The notes beneath the pieces were generated by a model, which ran no database searches, had not been told where the DNA came from, and saw only the letters and a program-made list of their open reading frames with translations. This document shows, piece after piece, positions 36,279-46,057 of a DNA stretch of 64,000 bases. Numbering within the stretch: position 1 is the stretch's first letter; the number at the start of each line of letters is the position of its first letter. The position numbers and the translations under genes are program-made. Source of the stretch: Limisphaerales bacterium (lineage in GTDB: Bacteria > Verrucomicrobiota > Verrucomicrobiia > Limisphaerales > JAJOIW01); contig CBFHOE010000006.1 in the NCBI GenBank assembly GCA_965657355.1, positions 253,510 through 317,509 on the forward strand, written 5' to 3'.

Positions 36279-38000
36279 TTAATGACCGTTGGATTTTATT
36301 TCAGTGGGCCAATGAATTTCAACCCCCTGGCCAGTAATGTGATCTTGGAAGTCCTTTAGCCTATGAGTGTTTTCTACAAAACTTCTGGGAGGGTGGCCTT
36401 TCGATATTGATGATGATGCTAAGTATCCAGCCACTTCTCCAATATTCCACTCAACTGGATGGAGTCTATAACAACCATTTGTTATGTGAGTGGTACCTAT
36501 ATTTTTGCACGTAGGAATTAGGTTTTCTAACCTCTGGGGAATCAAAGCACCCAACGGGAGTTCAAAGGGTAGTGCAGAAAAATCAATGTAGTTATCGCCT
36601 TCAGAGGTTGGGTGAAGGTCGATTGGGTATTGTCCGATTCCAACCGAATCTTGATAGCTCTGGGCTGTTACGTTCTCTTTCGTGTCGAGAAGTTGTTGCC
36701 TTGCTTGCGTGCCACAATGATGCTCAAAAATAGTCGTTAGTGCTTTGATTCTTCGGGATTCCCTGACATAAGGGAATTTTGCAAGGCCATCCTCAGTACT
36801 CATAATATCCTTACGCAACCGCAGCCCTGGCCACCCCTCTCCTCCATCCTCACGCGGAGCCTCAGTTTGCAGCCAGTAAAGAAGGGAAAGGCTTAATTGC
36901 TTCGAGTTATTGATATGATGCTGCCTTAATTCATCGGTGACACCCGCAAGATTTCCCTCCATGTAGTCATTTTGTGGCCAATTAATCAAACTGACATCGC
37001 CAATCCCGCTGGATTGATCAAATTGTGCCGACGATAGAATTCTTCGGTATCTCCACAAATTAATAATTCCTGACTGGTGAGGGCCGTCGGGATTAAACCC
37101 AAGAAGCCTAGGCTCAAGAGATGAAGGATGGGTGTAAGTAAAATCGAGCAACCTTCCCGGCCATGGCGGCATGAGCTCAGGGACACAATTTCTCCAAAAT
37201 TCATATTGCTTGGGCTTGTCTATGATATGTTCTTTGCCGGGGTCGTAGTCTAGGGCAAAACACATGGTAAATGCCTGTTGGTTCGCTGAGGAAGCCTTTT
37301 GAGGCATATGCAGCTCACCAGTGGCTTTTTTTCCTTCCGTGCCCATCACATGCTCACACTTAGAAAAGTGGAGCAAGTCACCTAGTTCAGTAGCATCTGC
37401 AAAAATTTTCCCATTTAATACATGAGATGAGCCACTTTTTAGGTTTATAACTTCAACATAATTTATGCTATCCCCGTCAACGTCAGCTCCTGTGATACGC
37501 GAATTGGTTAGGATCGTAAGTTGTTGACGAGATACATATGGCAGTAGCAATTCGTTGAGACATTTCAGAGCCACCTCTGGCTCATGGCACAGGCGAGATA
37601 CAGAACCTGCCCCAGGATTAAAATATTTCGATTCCTTTGCTTTAGATGTTAATGGGTAATGCTTTTTATAATAATTTCTTATTGCATTACGTAATTCGCG
37701 ATATGATTTTGTGCACCCGAAAGATTCGATCCATCTGTGTTCGTCAGGTGGGACCCCCTGTGACGTCAGTTGCCCTCCTATCCAATCTGTTTCCTCGGTC
37801 ATGATAACATTCAGGCCAGACCTTAGGGCTGCCAAAGCGCAAGCACAGCCCCCGAGTCCTCCACCTATGATAACGAGGTCAGATTTTAGTTCCTTCGGTT
37901 TTAATTTTTTCTTATAGGAAGGATGTGCACATCCTGATAATAACAAGGAAGAAGCAGTAAAACCCTTTCCTAATTTTACAAGACTCTCGCGTCTATTCAT
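36279..38000 (-). CDS. Tat-exported FAD-dependent oxidoreductase (FAD_oxidored family), probable lipoprotein
   Basis: MNRRES...LSGC; IIGGGLGG, GGQLTSQG, DATELGDL, PYVRESRRI and YRLHPVEWNIGE. Confidence 0.85.
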   Translation of the reverse strand: MNRRESLVKLGKGFTASSLLLSGCAHPSYKKKLKPKELKSDLVIIGGGLGGCACALAALRSGLNVIMTEETDWIGGQLTSQGVPPDEHRWIESFGCTKSYRELRNAIRNYYKKHYPLTSKAKESKYFNPGAGSVSRLCHEPEVALKCLNELLLPYVSRQQLTILTNSRITGADVDGDSINYVEVINLKSGSSHVLNGKIFADATELGDLLHFSKCEHVMGTEGKKATGELHMPQKASSANQQAFTMCFALDYDPGKEHIIDKPKQYEFWRNCVPELMPPWPGRLLDFTYTHPSSLEPRLLGFNPDGPHQSGIINLWRYRRILSSAQFDQSSGIGDVSLINWPQNDYMEGNLAGVTDELRQHHINNSKQLSLSLLYWLQTEAPREDGGEGWPGLRLRKDIMSTEDGLAKFPYVRESRRIKALTTIFEHHCGTQARQQLLDTKENVTAQSYQDSVGIGQYPIDLHPTSEGDNYIDFSALPFELPLGALIPQRLENLIPTCKNIGTTHITNGCYRLHPVEWNIGEVAGYLASSSISKGHPPRSFVENTHRLKDFQDHITGQGVEIHWPTEIKSNGH

Positions 38001-38080
38001 GTCACCAATCAGCGAGTATCAAATTGGAAAAATAATAAAGGAGGAATGAAAAATGATTCGAGATTGAATCTTCTGAAAGT

Positions 38081-39043
38081 TCATTTCATTAGCTTATTTG
38101 AAATGTCTTTGCCATTGGTTGTGAGAATCTGGAAATGGTGAAACCCATTATTCATACCGGAATAGGTCCAAACCACTTTTTTATCACGGGTGACCTCTAA
38201 CAATTTAACACTACTCCCTTTGGCGTGATAGCTGGCTATCACTGTATTTCCATTGGGCAGCCTTTGAATGCCACACGCGTCATCTATGAGTTTCTTCCCC
38301 AGATCATCATTGGTGACAGACCAGATAATTTTACCCTTTTTATTCACTTCAATGACCCGATTCCCATTCGTACACCCTATAAGTGTATTTCCATTGGATA
38401 AGCGAATAGCAGTAAAGGGCCAGTCTCTGAGTTGTCTTCCCCGATCATCAGTTGGGATGGAATTGACGACCTTTCCACTTTTGGGAATATACTCCTTAAC
38501 ACAAAAGTCCAAAAGATGCGGAGCGATGTAGTTTCCATTTTCCAATATACGGAGCATGCGGGTCTGCATATGGGCATTATTTTTCTGACAAGCTAACGGG
38601 GTGGAAAGTATGACTTTACCTTGAGCGTTTACTAGATTTGCCTGGGGTTCTGGGCCGAGTTCCGCTACGAGATAGTTGCCCTCTTTTGTTTTAACAACTG
38701 TACTGACTTCTTTTTGCTTCGAGTGATAAGAAAATACTTTTTCACCGGTCTTTCGGTTGACCTCTACGACACCTCCATTGGGATATTCTTTACATGGGTA
38801 TACCGCGACTAAAATGTTTCCATTATCGAGTACCCAGCCATCACTTGCTGGCAAATCTAATTTCCATACCTGATTTCCCTCTTCATCAATAATGACAGCG
38901 CGATTGGCTTTTCCCAGCCCAAGAAAAGAATGCTTGATGTCTTTTCCTTTGGCAGAAATCAGGAATAGGTTGCATAGAGTAATGAATGCAGTAAAAAGCC
39001 CAACAAGGCAGTTTCTTTGGAGATGATGAATGGTTTGGTTCAT
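38081..39043 (-). CDS. Secreted beta-propeller protein
   Basis: Signal peptide; repeated L.NGN.L/I ... V.EV...GK.VW blades. Confidence 0.7.
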   Translation of the reverse strand: MNQTIHHLQRNCLVGLFTAFITLCNLFLISAKGKDIKHSFLGLGKANRAVIIDEEGNQVWKLDLPASDGWVLDNGNILVAVYPCKEYPNGGVVEVNRKTGEKVFSYHSKQKEVSTVVKTKEGNYLVAELGPEPQANLVNAQGKVILSTPLACQKNNAHMQTRMLRILENGNYIAPHLLDFCVKEYIPKSGKVVNSIPTDDRGRQLRDWPFTAIRLSNGNTLIGCTNGNRVIEVNKKGKIIWSVTNDDLGKKLIDDACGIQRLPNGNTVIASYHAKGSSVKLLEVTRDKKVVWTYSGMNNGFHHFQILTTNGKDISNKLMK

Positions 39044-39070
39044 TTCTTGTATCTGTTTTGGTTTAATGGA

Positions 39071-40255
39071 TTATTTTGTTTCTGCTGACATTTCGACGGT
39101 TGGAGGGTGTACAAAATGCGTGTAATTTTGATGGAGTGCTTCACGGCTTGGAAAAGCGCCTTTTGTAATTAAAAAGCGATACCGGAGACGTAACGAATCA
39201 CCTTTACTTATTTTAGTTTTAGGATAAGCACCAAATCTCCCATAATCTCTATAAGCCGAATAAATACTTCCTTTGGGGGCAGAGGGATGGCTCATATGCT
39301 GAACATGATAATTTTTCCCCCGAAGAGGGTAGTTGAGTGAAACCCATGGCAAGTCTCGATCTTTTTTAGGGTCTATACCTGCTTCATGGAATAAAAATTT
39401 AGCAGACTTAGCCTTGGAAACATCATTGTGCGGACGATACTGAATTCCGGCATGCTCAGGATCTCCGGCAAGATCAACATCACCATTTGGAGCAAACAAA
39501 GTGGTGTCAAAATCGACCAGTGTAATAGTATCGTCCGGTTGAGCATAAAATGTAAGAGATCGGTGCTCGCGAATAAAAACCGTCCCATCGGTCGTTATCC
39601 ATTCGATAACGGGCGTAATCCGTCCCATTACATTTCCGGTGTAAGTCGAGTGAGTTGATTGGTAACGCTGGGAGGCCTTATTCATGTGCCAGCTATCAAC
39701 CCGCTTACCTTGAAAGCCTGTGCGCATCCATCCTATATATATCCCCCTGTGATGGCAGAATGAACCCTTTGCCCCTTTGGTAATAAAGTCTTTGCCCTCT
39801 TCATCGAAAATATGTGAGTAAACTTTGTATGTTTCGAATTGTCGCTCTTTGCTGGATGTATCGAAAGCCGTCATCAATCGCGAGATGGGCTTATCATCAT
39901 AGACGACGTCGATGTATTCGCCCTCTTTTGTAAAACTTGAAAATGCCTTGGTGACTTTAGATTCAATCTCGTCTTTGCTAATGATCCATTTCTGGGGTAT
40001 TTCTTTTTCCGCATGAGGCAAAATCCAGTGGAGTGTATTGCCAATCATTTGACCCGGTGCAACTCTACCATCTGGCCCTAATAATTTTATGCTAACCGGT
40101 TCTGAACTTATTCCCTCTAATGAGGTATTGACTGGGATGTTTGAACCATCTGCATGAGGGGTTACTGTGAGTTTTTGCGCGTGTGATATTAGGGAGACAG
40201 TGGTCGCAGCTGCGAAAAGGATGATTTTTGCGAAACTTAAAATATTTGATTTCAT
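39071..40255 (-). CDS. Secreted DUF6807/PmoA-like family protein
   Basis: HHRGIYIGW, REHRSL, DFDTTL and LRLRYRFLI. Signal peptide from MKSNIL (40255). Confidence 0.65.
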   Translation of the reverse strand: MKSNILSFAKIILFAAATTVSLISHAQKLTVTPHADGSNIPVNTSLEGISSEPVSIKLLGPDGRVAPGQMIGNTLHWILPHAEKEIPQKWIISKDEIESKVTKAFSSFTKEGEYIDVVYDDKPISRLMTAFDTSSKERQFETYKVYSHIFDEEGKDFITKGAKGSFCHHRGIYIGWMRTGFQGKRVDSWHMNKASQRYQSTHSTYTGNVMGRITPVIEWITTDGTVFIREHRSLTFYAQPDDTITLVDFDTTLFAPNGDVDLAGDPEHAGIQYRPHNDVSKAKSAKFLFHEAGIDPKKDRDLPWVSLNYPLRGKNYHVQHMSHPSAPKGSIYSAYRDYGRFGAYPKTKISKGDSLRLRYRFLITKGAFPSREALHQNYTHFVHPPTVEMSAETK

Positions 40256-40337
40256 TGAAATACGCCGATTGAGAAAAACCAATCCTGCCATTACTTTGAT
40301 TAAACCGAAAGGATGATTTTTGAATTTACGTCGGTGA

Positions 40338-41132
40338 TTACACTTGATAGTGGCTTTTCTCTGCAATGGCACCATAACCATCCGGATAATATAAATTTAT
40401 GAAGTTTTCAGATTCCAGGAGATGCTTGTCTGATTGTTTAGAGGATCTATCAATCAAAAACTTAAGTTGCTTCATGTCCCACGACCATTCTAGACCATTA
40501 AAAAATTCAGTAGAGCTAAAATTAGTTTTATAAAGGGATTCTTTGGAGTAGACCGTTCCTAGATAGATATAGTTGTATTCAAGTTTTTGAAATAGTTGGA
40601 CAGCCCGGGTCATCATATACATCCCCAAATTTTTCTTCACATACTCGAGGTCGTAAAATGAAAAATAAAAGAATGACATACGAGAAGGTTGAGTGAAAAG
40701 AGCTACAGTGCCCACTTCAGATCCAGTTTCTTGATCTTGAAATACCAACAAATCAGTTACAAGTTTTCCATTGAATAGATTGTCTAGCCTTTCAAAAGAC
40801 ATTGTATCCTTTCCAAATTTACTATCCGCATACCTCTTGAAAAAAGCTCTTTTTTCTTCGGTGTAATCCCACTGGTCACGGCGTATAAGTTGGTAAGAAA
40901 TATTTTCACACTTCCTAATGATACGACGATTTTCTGAAGATAATTTAAATGTCTTGAGGTCGACTCTCAGGTTTCTGCATAAGTAGAATTTTTCTAATGC
41001 TGCTCCAGATGGAAGAAAACCATGTGAAAACATATTTGCAATTGAGTCATGAGCTTCTGGAATCCCCCATATGACATATGGGAAAATATAATTTTTGTAA
41101 TCTTGAGATGCCTCAGAAAATAATAATTTCAT
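40338..41132 (-). CDS. Bpt/ATE-like aminoacyl-tRNA-dependent transferase (GNAT-fold)
   Basis: LRVDLKTFKLSSENRRIIRK, FSFYD....KNLGMYMM and YIYLGTVY....LYKTNF match the arginyl/Leu-tRNA-protein transferase pattern. Start placed at MKLLF (41132). Confidence 0.7.
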   Translation of the reverse strand: MKLLFSEASQDYKNYIFPYVIWGIPEAHDSIANMFSHGFLPSGAALEKFYLCRNLRVDLKTFKLSSENRRIIRKCENISYQLIRRDQWDYTEEKRAFFKRYADSKFGKDTMSFERLDNLFNGKLVTDLLVFQDQETGSEVGTVALFTQPSRMSFFYFSFYDLEYVKKNLGMYMMTRAVQLFQKLEYNYIYLGTVYSKESLYKTNFSSTEFFNGLEWSWDMKQLKFLIDRSSKQSDKHLLESENFINLYYPDGYGAIAEKSHYQV

Positions 41133-41149
41133 AATGCGATAATTTTGGC

Positions 41150-42277
41150 TCAATTTACAAAAAGACGTGGTAGCCTGGCTCTCCATCCGGTCAAAACTTC
41201 ATAGGAAACTGTTCCTTTTAGTTTTGCTATATCATGTGCAGAAATGGATTTATTTCCCTGATGGCCCATAAGAGTAATCTCATCCCATTGTTCTGCTTCG
41301 GGTATATTATCAAGGGAGACGATTGTCGTGTCCATCGCATTTCCGCCAATAATAGATGCCTCCTTTCCGTGAATAAGAACATGGCCGGAGTTTCTGACTC
41401 TGGGGTATCCATCACCATAACCAAGTGGAATGACTCCTATGCGCATATTTTGAGGGGCTGTAAAACGTAGCCCATATCCAACATTATCTCCTTTCTTTAT
41501 CTCACGAACTATCGCCAACTGCGCCCTAACAGACATTACAGGCTTTATTCCGCTTATTCGACGGCATACTTTCGAAGGAAAAACTCCAAGAGGTAGTATG
41601 CCAACTCTGACCATATCAAAATGAGCCGGTGGAATATCTAAAAAACCTCCCGAATTGCATGAATGCTTCAAAGGTATTTCAAATTCTTGTTCTTCAAGGT
41701 AGTTCAAGACAGATTTAAATCTTGAAAGTTGTTCCATAGCGAAGGATTTATCCTGCTCGTCAGACATAGCAAAGTGGGTGTAAATTCCCTCTATTGCTAT
41801 TTCATCAAAAGCTTCAAAGTTCTTGAAAAGGTCCGCAGCTTTGTCCCACCTAATACCGTAGCGCCCCATGCCGGTTTCAACTTCTACATGAACTTTAATT
41901 TGTTTTTGCCTTCTTATCGCTACTTTTTGAAACTCAATAATATCCGCTGAAGAATGTATTGTTGGGGTGAGGTTTAGTTCCCAGCATAATTCTCGCTCCT
42001 CTTGCCTAAGAGCTCCAAACATCAAAATAGGCCTCTTTATCCCGGCTTTTCTTAATTCCTCTGCCTCCGTAATATTGGTCACCCCGAAATACCGAGCTCC
42101 GTGGCTGGTTGCCACTTTTGCAACGCTGGTAGCTCCATGGCCATACGCATCATCCTTTACTACAGATAAAAAATTCAGTAATTCAGGTCTGTCCTGACCA
42201 AAATATTTGAAATTATTTTTTAGAATTGAATTGTCAATTTCAACCCATGCGGAGCGACGTGGAAGCTGTTTATCCAT
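41150..42277 (-). CDS. alr: Alanine racemase family PLP enzyme
   Basis: VVKDDAYGHG (PLP Lys), ETGMGRYG, THFA, NSGG, VGYG, GYGDG and TVSYEVL. Confidence 0.9.
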   Translation of the reverse strand: MDKQLPRRSAWVEIDNSILKNNFKYFGQDRPELLNFLSVVKDDAYGHGATSVAKVATSHGARYFGVTNITEAEELRKAGIKRPILMFGALRQEERELCWELNLTPTIHSSADIIEFQKVAIRRQKQIKVHVEVETGMGRYGIRWDKAADLFKNFEAFDEIAIEGIYTHFAMSDEQDKSFAMEQLSRFKSVLNYLEEQEFEIPLKHSCNSGGFLDIPPAHFDMVRVGILPLGVFPSKVCRRISGIKPVMSVRAQLAIVREIKKGDNVGYGLRFTAPQNMRIGVIPLGYGDGYPRVRNSGHVLIHGKEASIIGGNAMDTTIVSLDNIPEAEQWDEITLMGHQGNKSISAHDIAKLKGTVSYEVLTGWRARLPRLFVN

Positions 42278-42307
42278 CTGTAAAAATTTAATTTAATGAG
42301 AGTTTAT

Positions 42308-43570
42308 TTAAGACTGTCCGGGTGGCCATAGGCAGTCTCCAATGTCAGTCCGATAATAGCTTCCCCCACATTTTATTTTTCTAATATTTGAATATGCCGA
42401 ATCCAGTGCTCCGGTGAGGTCATAGCTGACGGTATTAATATCTAATATTCTTTGGCCCAGTGTGACGTGGTGGTTTTTTGAGTTTGAAAGAGCAACTTGA
42501 TTCCACCAAAGGTCACAATCCACGTCTCCTTCAATGGTGATAGGAACATTTGGCGATCCAACCTCGGGGTATGGAAAACCATGGCCGGCTAATGAAATAG
42601 AACAACCGAAATTGATTCCTTCCAAAAATTCTACACTGAATTTTTGATTTGTGGCTATCTGGATCATGGCTTCATATGGATTTCTAAGCATCCTCATAAT
42701 GAGTGGGCCACTCGTGACGCCGATACGTGCGTTGTATTCTAAAACATGCCATTTATTATTTTTTCGCGCTGCGGTAACTTGAATGGGGCCGTGGTAATTG
42801 ACTTCTCGCAGCCACGGTAGCAAAGGGGTTAGTAGGTCTGCAACGAGACCATATTTGTCTTCCGTGTCTTTTTCCACTATTCCCCCAAGCGGTGCCCCTG
42901 CGATACTTCCCATATTTCCTGAAAAGCATCTTTTATATTCCTGATTTGTGGCCACAGGATATATTTCGCCATGAGAAACGAAAGCTACATGACCGACTTC
43001 ATGGCGACCCATGTATTCTTGAAGAAACACGCCTTCAGAGTAATCAATCTTCTCAAACCATGCTCTGGTTTCAGCATTAGATTCACAAACAATGGCCTGA
43101 ATTGGGCTATTTGGAGCGCAAAGAGGATTCTTAATGACAGTTAAATTATTTCTCTCAGCAAGAATTCTCTCTGCTTCAATTCGATTACTGGCAACTTTTG
43201 ATTCTGGGACAGATATTCCGAATTGACGGCATAGCTCTGAAGCAAAATTTCTATCTCTCTCTATGAGTAAGCCACCTGGTGGCGGACCAAAAACTGGAAT
43301 CTTTTTCTCATTTATAATTTCGGTGCCAGGAATACTCGGCCAATCAAGAGACATTGGGATAACTAAATCGTAGTGCGCATTTCTCAGCTCATCAGCCAGC
43401 GATTCGATTTGAATCACTTTTCCTACCAGTTCGGCTGGATATTTACCGATTTTTTTTGTTAGGCATGTGGTGCCTGAAACTCCTGCCGACTGTAATATGG
43501 AAAGTGTAGAGTGGGCGAAAGAGCCCGCTCCCAGAACAATGACTTTCTTTTTACAATCTGAATATTCCAC
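42308..43570 (-). CDS. Divergent phosphoribosylamine-glycine ligase (PurD)-like ATP-grasp enzyme
   Basis: VFGP....LIERDR.FA, QEYMG.HE, QEYKR...GN.G, VLEYNAR.G, C-terminal GFPYP and YYRTDIG. The GSGGREHA and NTGGMG motifs are absent. Confidence 0.72.
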   Translation of the reverse strand: MEYSDCKKKVIVLGAGSFAHSTLSILQSAGVSGTTCLTKKIGKYPAELVGKVIQIESLADELRNAHYDLVIPMSLDWPSIPGTEIINEKKIPVFGPPPGGLLIERDRNFASELCRQFGISVPESKVASNRIEAERILAERNNLTVIKNPLCAPNSPIQAIVCESNAETRAWFEKIDYSEGVFLQEYMGRHEVGHVAFVSHGEIYPVATNQEYKRCFSGNMGSIAGAPLGGIVEKDTEDKYGLVADLLTPLLPWLREVNYHGPIQVTAARKNNKWHVLEYNARIGVTSGPLIMRMLRNPYEAMIQIATNQKFSVEFLEGINFGCSISLAGHGFPYPEVGSPNVPITIEGDVDCDLWWNQVALSNSKNHHVTLGQRILDINTVSYDLTGALDSAYSNIRKIKCGGSYYRTDIGDCLWPPGQS

Positions 43571-43646
43571 AAGTATTTCCCACTAATGCCAATCGTATTA
43601 TTTTTAAGTTTAAGTGACTAGTTGCTTTCCTGTGCTTTGATTTTAT

Positions 43647-44687
43647 ATGCTTCCGACAATGGATACAACACCGATAAGAACTTCAGTTGTTGGAAGTTAT
43701 CCTTTTCCCGGATGGCTTGAATTTTCTAGTTCGCATCTCGATCGATTCGGGACAAATGATATTCAAGAAATGCAGGAAGACGCCGTTGTCGCAGCAATAC
43801 AAGACCAGGTGAGGGCAGGTCTTGATGTGATCACTGATGGAGAGCAAAGCAGATTTGATTTTAACCTCTCCTTTTATGGATATATTGAAGGAATTAGCCT
43901 CGAAGGAAAATCACCCAGGTTGTGGGGGCCTCCCGCTCATGATCAAAGAGGTAAACACGAAATAATGGGTGAGCTAAAAGCCTCAAGAGGTTTGGGAGCA
44001 GTCGAAGAATTCGAAAGGCTAAAACGCTTGGCTCCGCCTGGGGTTGCTTTGAAAGCGAGTTTGCCGGGACCATTTACTCTCAGTGGCCGGTTATTGCCCA
44101 ATGATCAATACCCTGATCGTCATGCTATCACCGAGGCTCTACTTCCCATTGTTCAAAAGGAGATGGTTGACTTAGTTGAGGCAGGGTGTCAGGAAATTTG
44201 TCTCGATGAGCCTTCAATGAGTTGTTACGGACACCGCGAAGATCCTGTAAAGTTCGTCGATATATTTAATAGAACAGTCGAGCCCGTGGTCGGAAAAACT
44301 CGCCTCGCCAGTCACCTGTGCTTCGGAAACTTCAAGGGTAGGGCCGTGGGAAGCAGACGTGCCCACTATTTGTTTCCCCACTTTTTAGACCTAAAAGTTG
44401 ATGAAATGCATATCGAAATGGCAACGACTCTCTGGAAGGAACTCGCAATCATTGAAGAAGTCGCAAAGAAAATGGATGTTGCCATTGGGGTCATTGACGT
44501 GAAGAGCTACCACATTGAAACACCGGAAAATGTGGCTTCAGTTATTCGAAGAGCCCTTGATTACGCGCCGGCTGATAGGTTGGTGGTCGCTCCTGACTGC
44601 GGGTTAAGTCAAACGGCACGCTGGGCAGCTAGAAAGAAATTAGCCGCCATGGTCCAGGGAGCTCGTATGGTTAGAGAGAATCTATAA
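43647..44687 (+). CDS. Cobalamin-independent methionine synthase II, single-domain (core MetE-like)
   Basis: VGSYP, QVRAGLDVITDGEQSR, GPFTL, DEP, HLCFGN and PDCGL zinc ligands. Confidence 0.88.
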   Translation: MLPTMDTTPIRTSVVGSYPFPGWLEFSSSHLDRFGTNDIQEMQEDAVVAAIQDQVRAGLDVITDGEQSRFDFNLSFYGYIEGISLEGKSPRLWGPPAHDQRGKHEIMGELKASRGLGAVEEFERLKRLAPPGVALKASLPGPFTLSGRLLPNDQYPDRHAITEALLPIVQKEMVDLVEAGCQEICLDEPSMSCYGHREDPVKFVDIFNRTVEPVVGKTRLASHLCFGNFKGRAVGSRRAHYLFPHFLDLKVDEMHIEMATTLWKELAIIEEVAKKMDVAIGVIDVKSYHIETPENVASVIRRALDYAPADRLVVAPDCGLSQTARWAARKKLAAMVQGARMVRENL

Positions 44688-44717
44688 ATTTAAAATTCTC
44701 GTGGTCACAAATTAAAA

Positions 44718-44747
44718 AAAAGGACCGGTGGATTACCCGGTCCTTTT
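44718..44747. terminator. Bidirectional intrinsic terminator
   Basis: AAAAGGACCGG-8 nt loop-CCGGTCCTTTT between the convergent metE-like gene and leuB, with A/T tracts on both sides. Confidence 0.85.
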
Positions 44748-44773
44748 GGAAAATTTAAGTGCAGATAAGCCGC

Positions 44774-45832
44774 TTATAATGCATTGGCAACCAAGTCGCC
44801 CACTTCGCTAGTTGTGTGGCCCATTTTACCTGCTGCTAGGTCATTAATTTTTTCGCGCACTGTTGTAATCACAACATCTTCTATTCTTTTAGCGGCTTCT
44901 ACTTCACCGAGAAAATCAAGCATCATTTGGCCGGCGCATATAGCAGCCAAAGGATTGATGACGTTTTGACCCGTGTATTTGGGGGCACTGCCTCCGATTG
45001 GCTCAAACATAGATGCTCCCTCTGGGTTAATGTTACCACCAGCTGCGATTCCCATGCCGCCCTGGACCATAGCGCCTAGGTCCGTAATGATATCTCCGAA
45101 CATGTTATCCGTTACGATGACATCGAACCACTCAGGGTTTTTGACGAACCACATAGTAGTTGCATCGACGTGGGCGTAATCTCTTTTGACATCCGAGTAA
45201 TCCTTCTCTCCTATGTCATGGAATGTTCTTTCCCAGAGGTCGAAAGCATACGTCAGTACATTGGTTTTGCCGCACAATGTGAGGGTTTTTTCCTTATTCC
45301 TTCTCTGAGTGTATTCGAACGCGAATCTGAGACACCTTTCGACGCCGCGTCGCGTATTGACACTTTCTTGGATTGCGACTTCATGAGGGGTGTCTTTAAA
45401 TACAAAACCACCTGATCCTGTGTAAAGCCCTTCATTATTTTCACGGACGACGACAAAATCGACATCCTCCGGTTTTTTCCCTTTAACCGGACAAAATCTT
45501 TCATCATAGAGCTTTACCGGCCTCAGATTAATATATTGTTCAAGGGCAAAACGAAGTTTTAAAAGAATTCCTTTTTCCAAAATCCCGGGCTTAACATCTG
45601 GATGCCCAATAGCTCCGAGGAGTATCGCTGGAAACTTTCCCAATTCCTCTACGACACTATCTGGGCACGGTTCTCCAGTCCTGAGGTAGCGGTCTCCTCC
45701 CAGGTCGTAATCCTGATAATTCAGCTTAAAGCCAAATTTTGAGGCGGCTACATCAAGCACTTTCCTCGCTTCTCGCACAACTTCGGGACCTGTTCCGTCT
45801 CCGCCAATGACTGCTATATCGTATGTCTTCAT
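44774..45832 (-). CDS. leuB: 3-isopropylmalate dehydrogenase
   Basis: [34 protein letters not shown] and FEPIGGSAP. Confidence 0.93.
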   Translation of the reverse strand: MKTYDIAVIGGDGTGPEVVREARKVLDVAASKFGFKLNYQDYDLGGDRYLRTGEPCPDSVVEELGKFPAILLGAIGHPDVKPGILEKGILLKLRFALEQYINLRPVKLYDERFCPVKGKKPEDVDFVVVRENNEGLYTGSGGFVFKDTPHEVAIQESVNTRRGVERCLRFAFEYTQRRNKEKTLTLCGKTNVLTYAFDLWERTFHDIGEKDYSDVKRDYAHVDATTMWFVKNPEWFDVIVTDNMFGDIITDLGAMVQGGMGIAAGGNINPEGASMFEPIGGSAPKYTGQNVINPLAAICAGQMMLDFLGEVEAAKRIEDVVITTVREKINDLAAGKMGHTTSEVGDLVANAL

Positions 45833-46057
45833 GAACTTAGTTTTCCGAAATATCCTGTCGCCTGCATTTTACATTAGAATCGGTGTCAAAAATCTAATTT
45901 TTTCAGAATTCCGATTGCGTAAATTTGATTCAAAAGGCCTGAAAATTTCATCCAAGGGGTAGTCCCTTTATTTTTAATCTTTTCGGTATCTGAATCTTTT
46001 ATCCTACTTGATGGATATTCGGCTGGATTTTATAGATTAGAATTTTCAAAATATCAA

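Noticed and set aside
39071..40255. Methane monooxygenase (from the PmoA family label)
   Set aside because: It is a soluble secreted protein with no pmoCAB context; the family name is misleading.
42308..43570. Calling this gene purD
   Set aside because: Key PurD substrate-binding motifs are missing and there is no pur context, so it was left as PurD-like.
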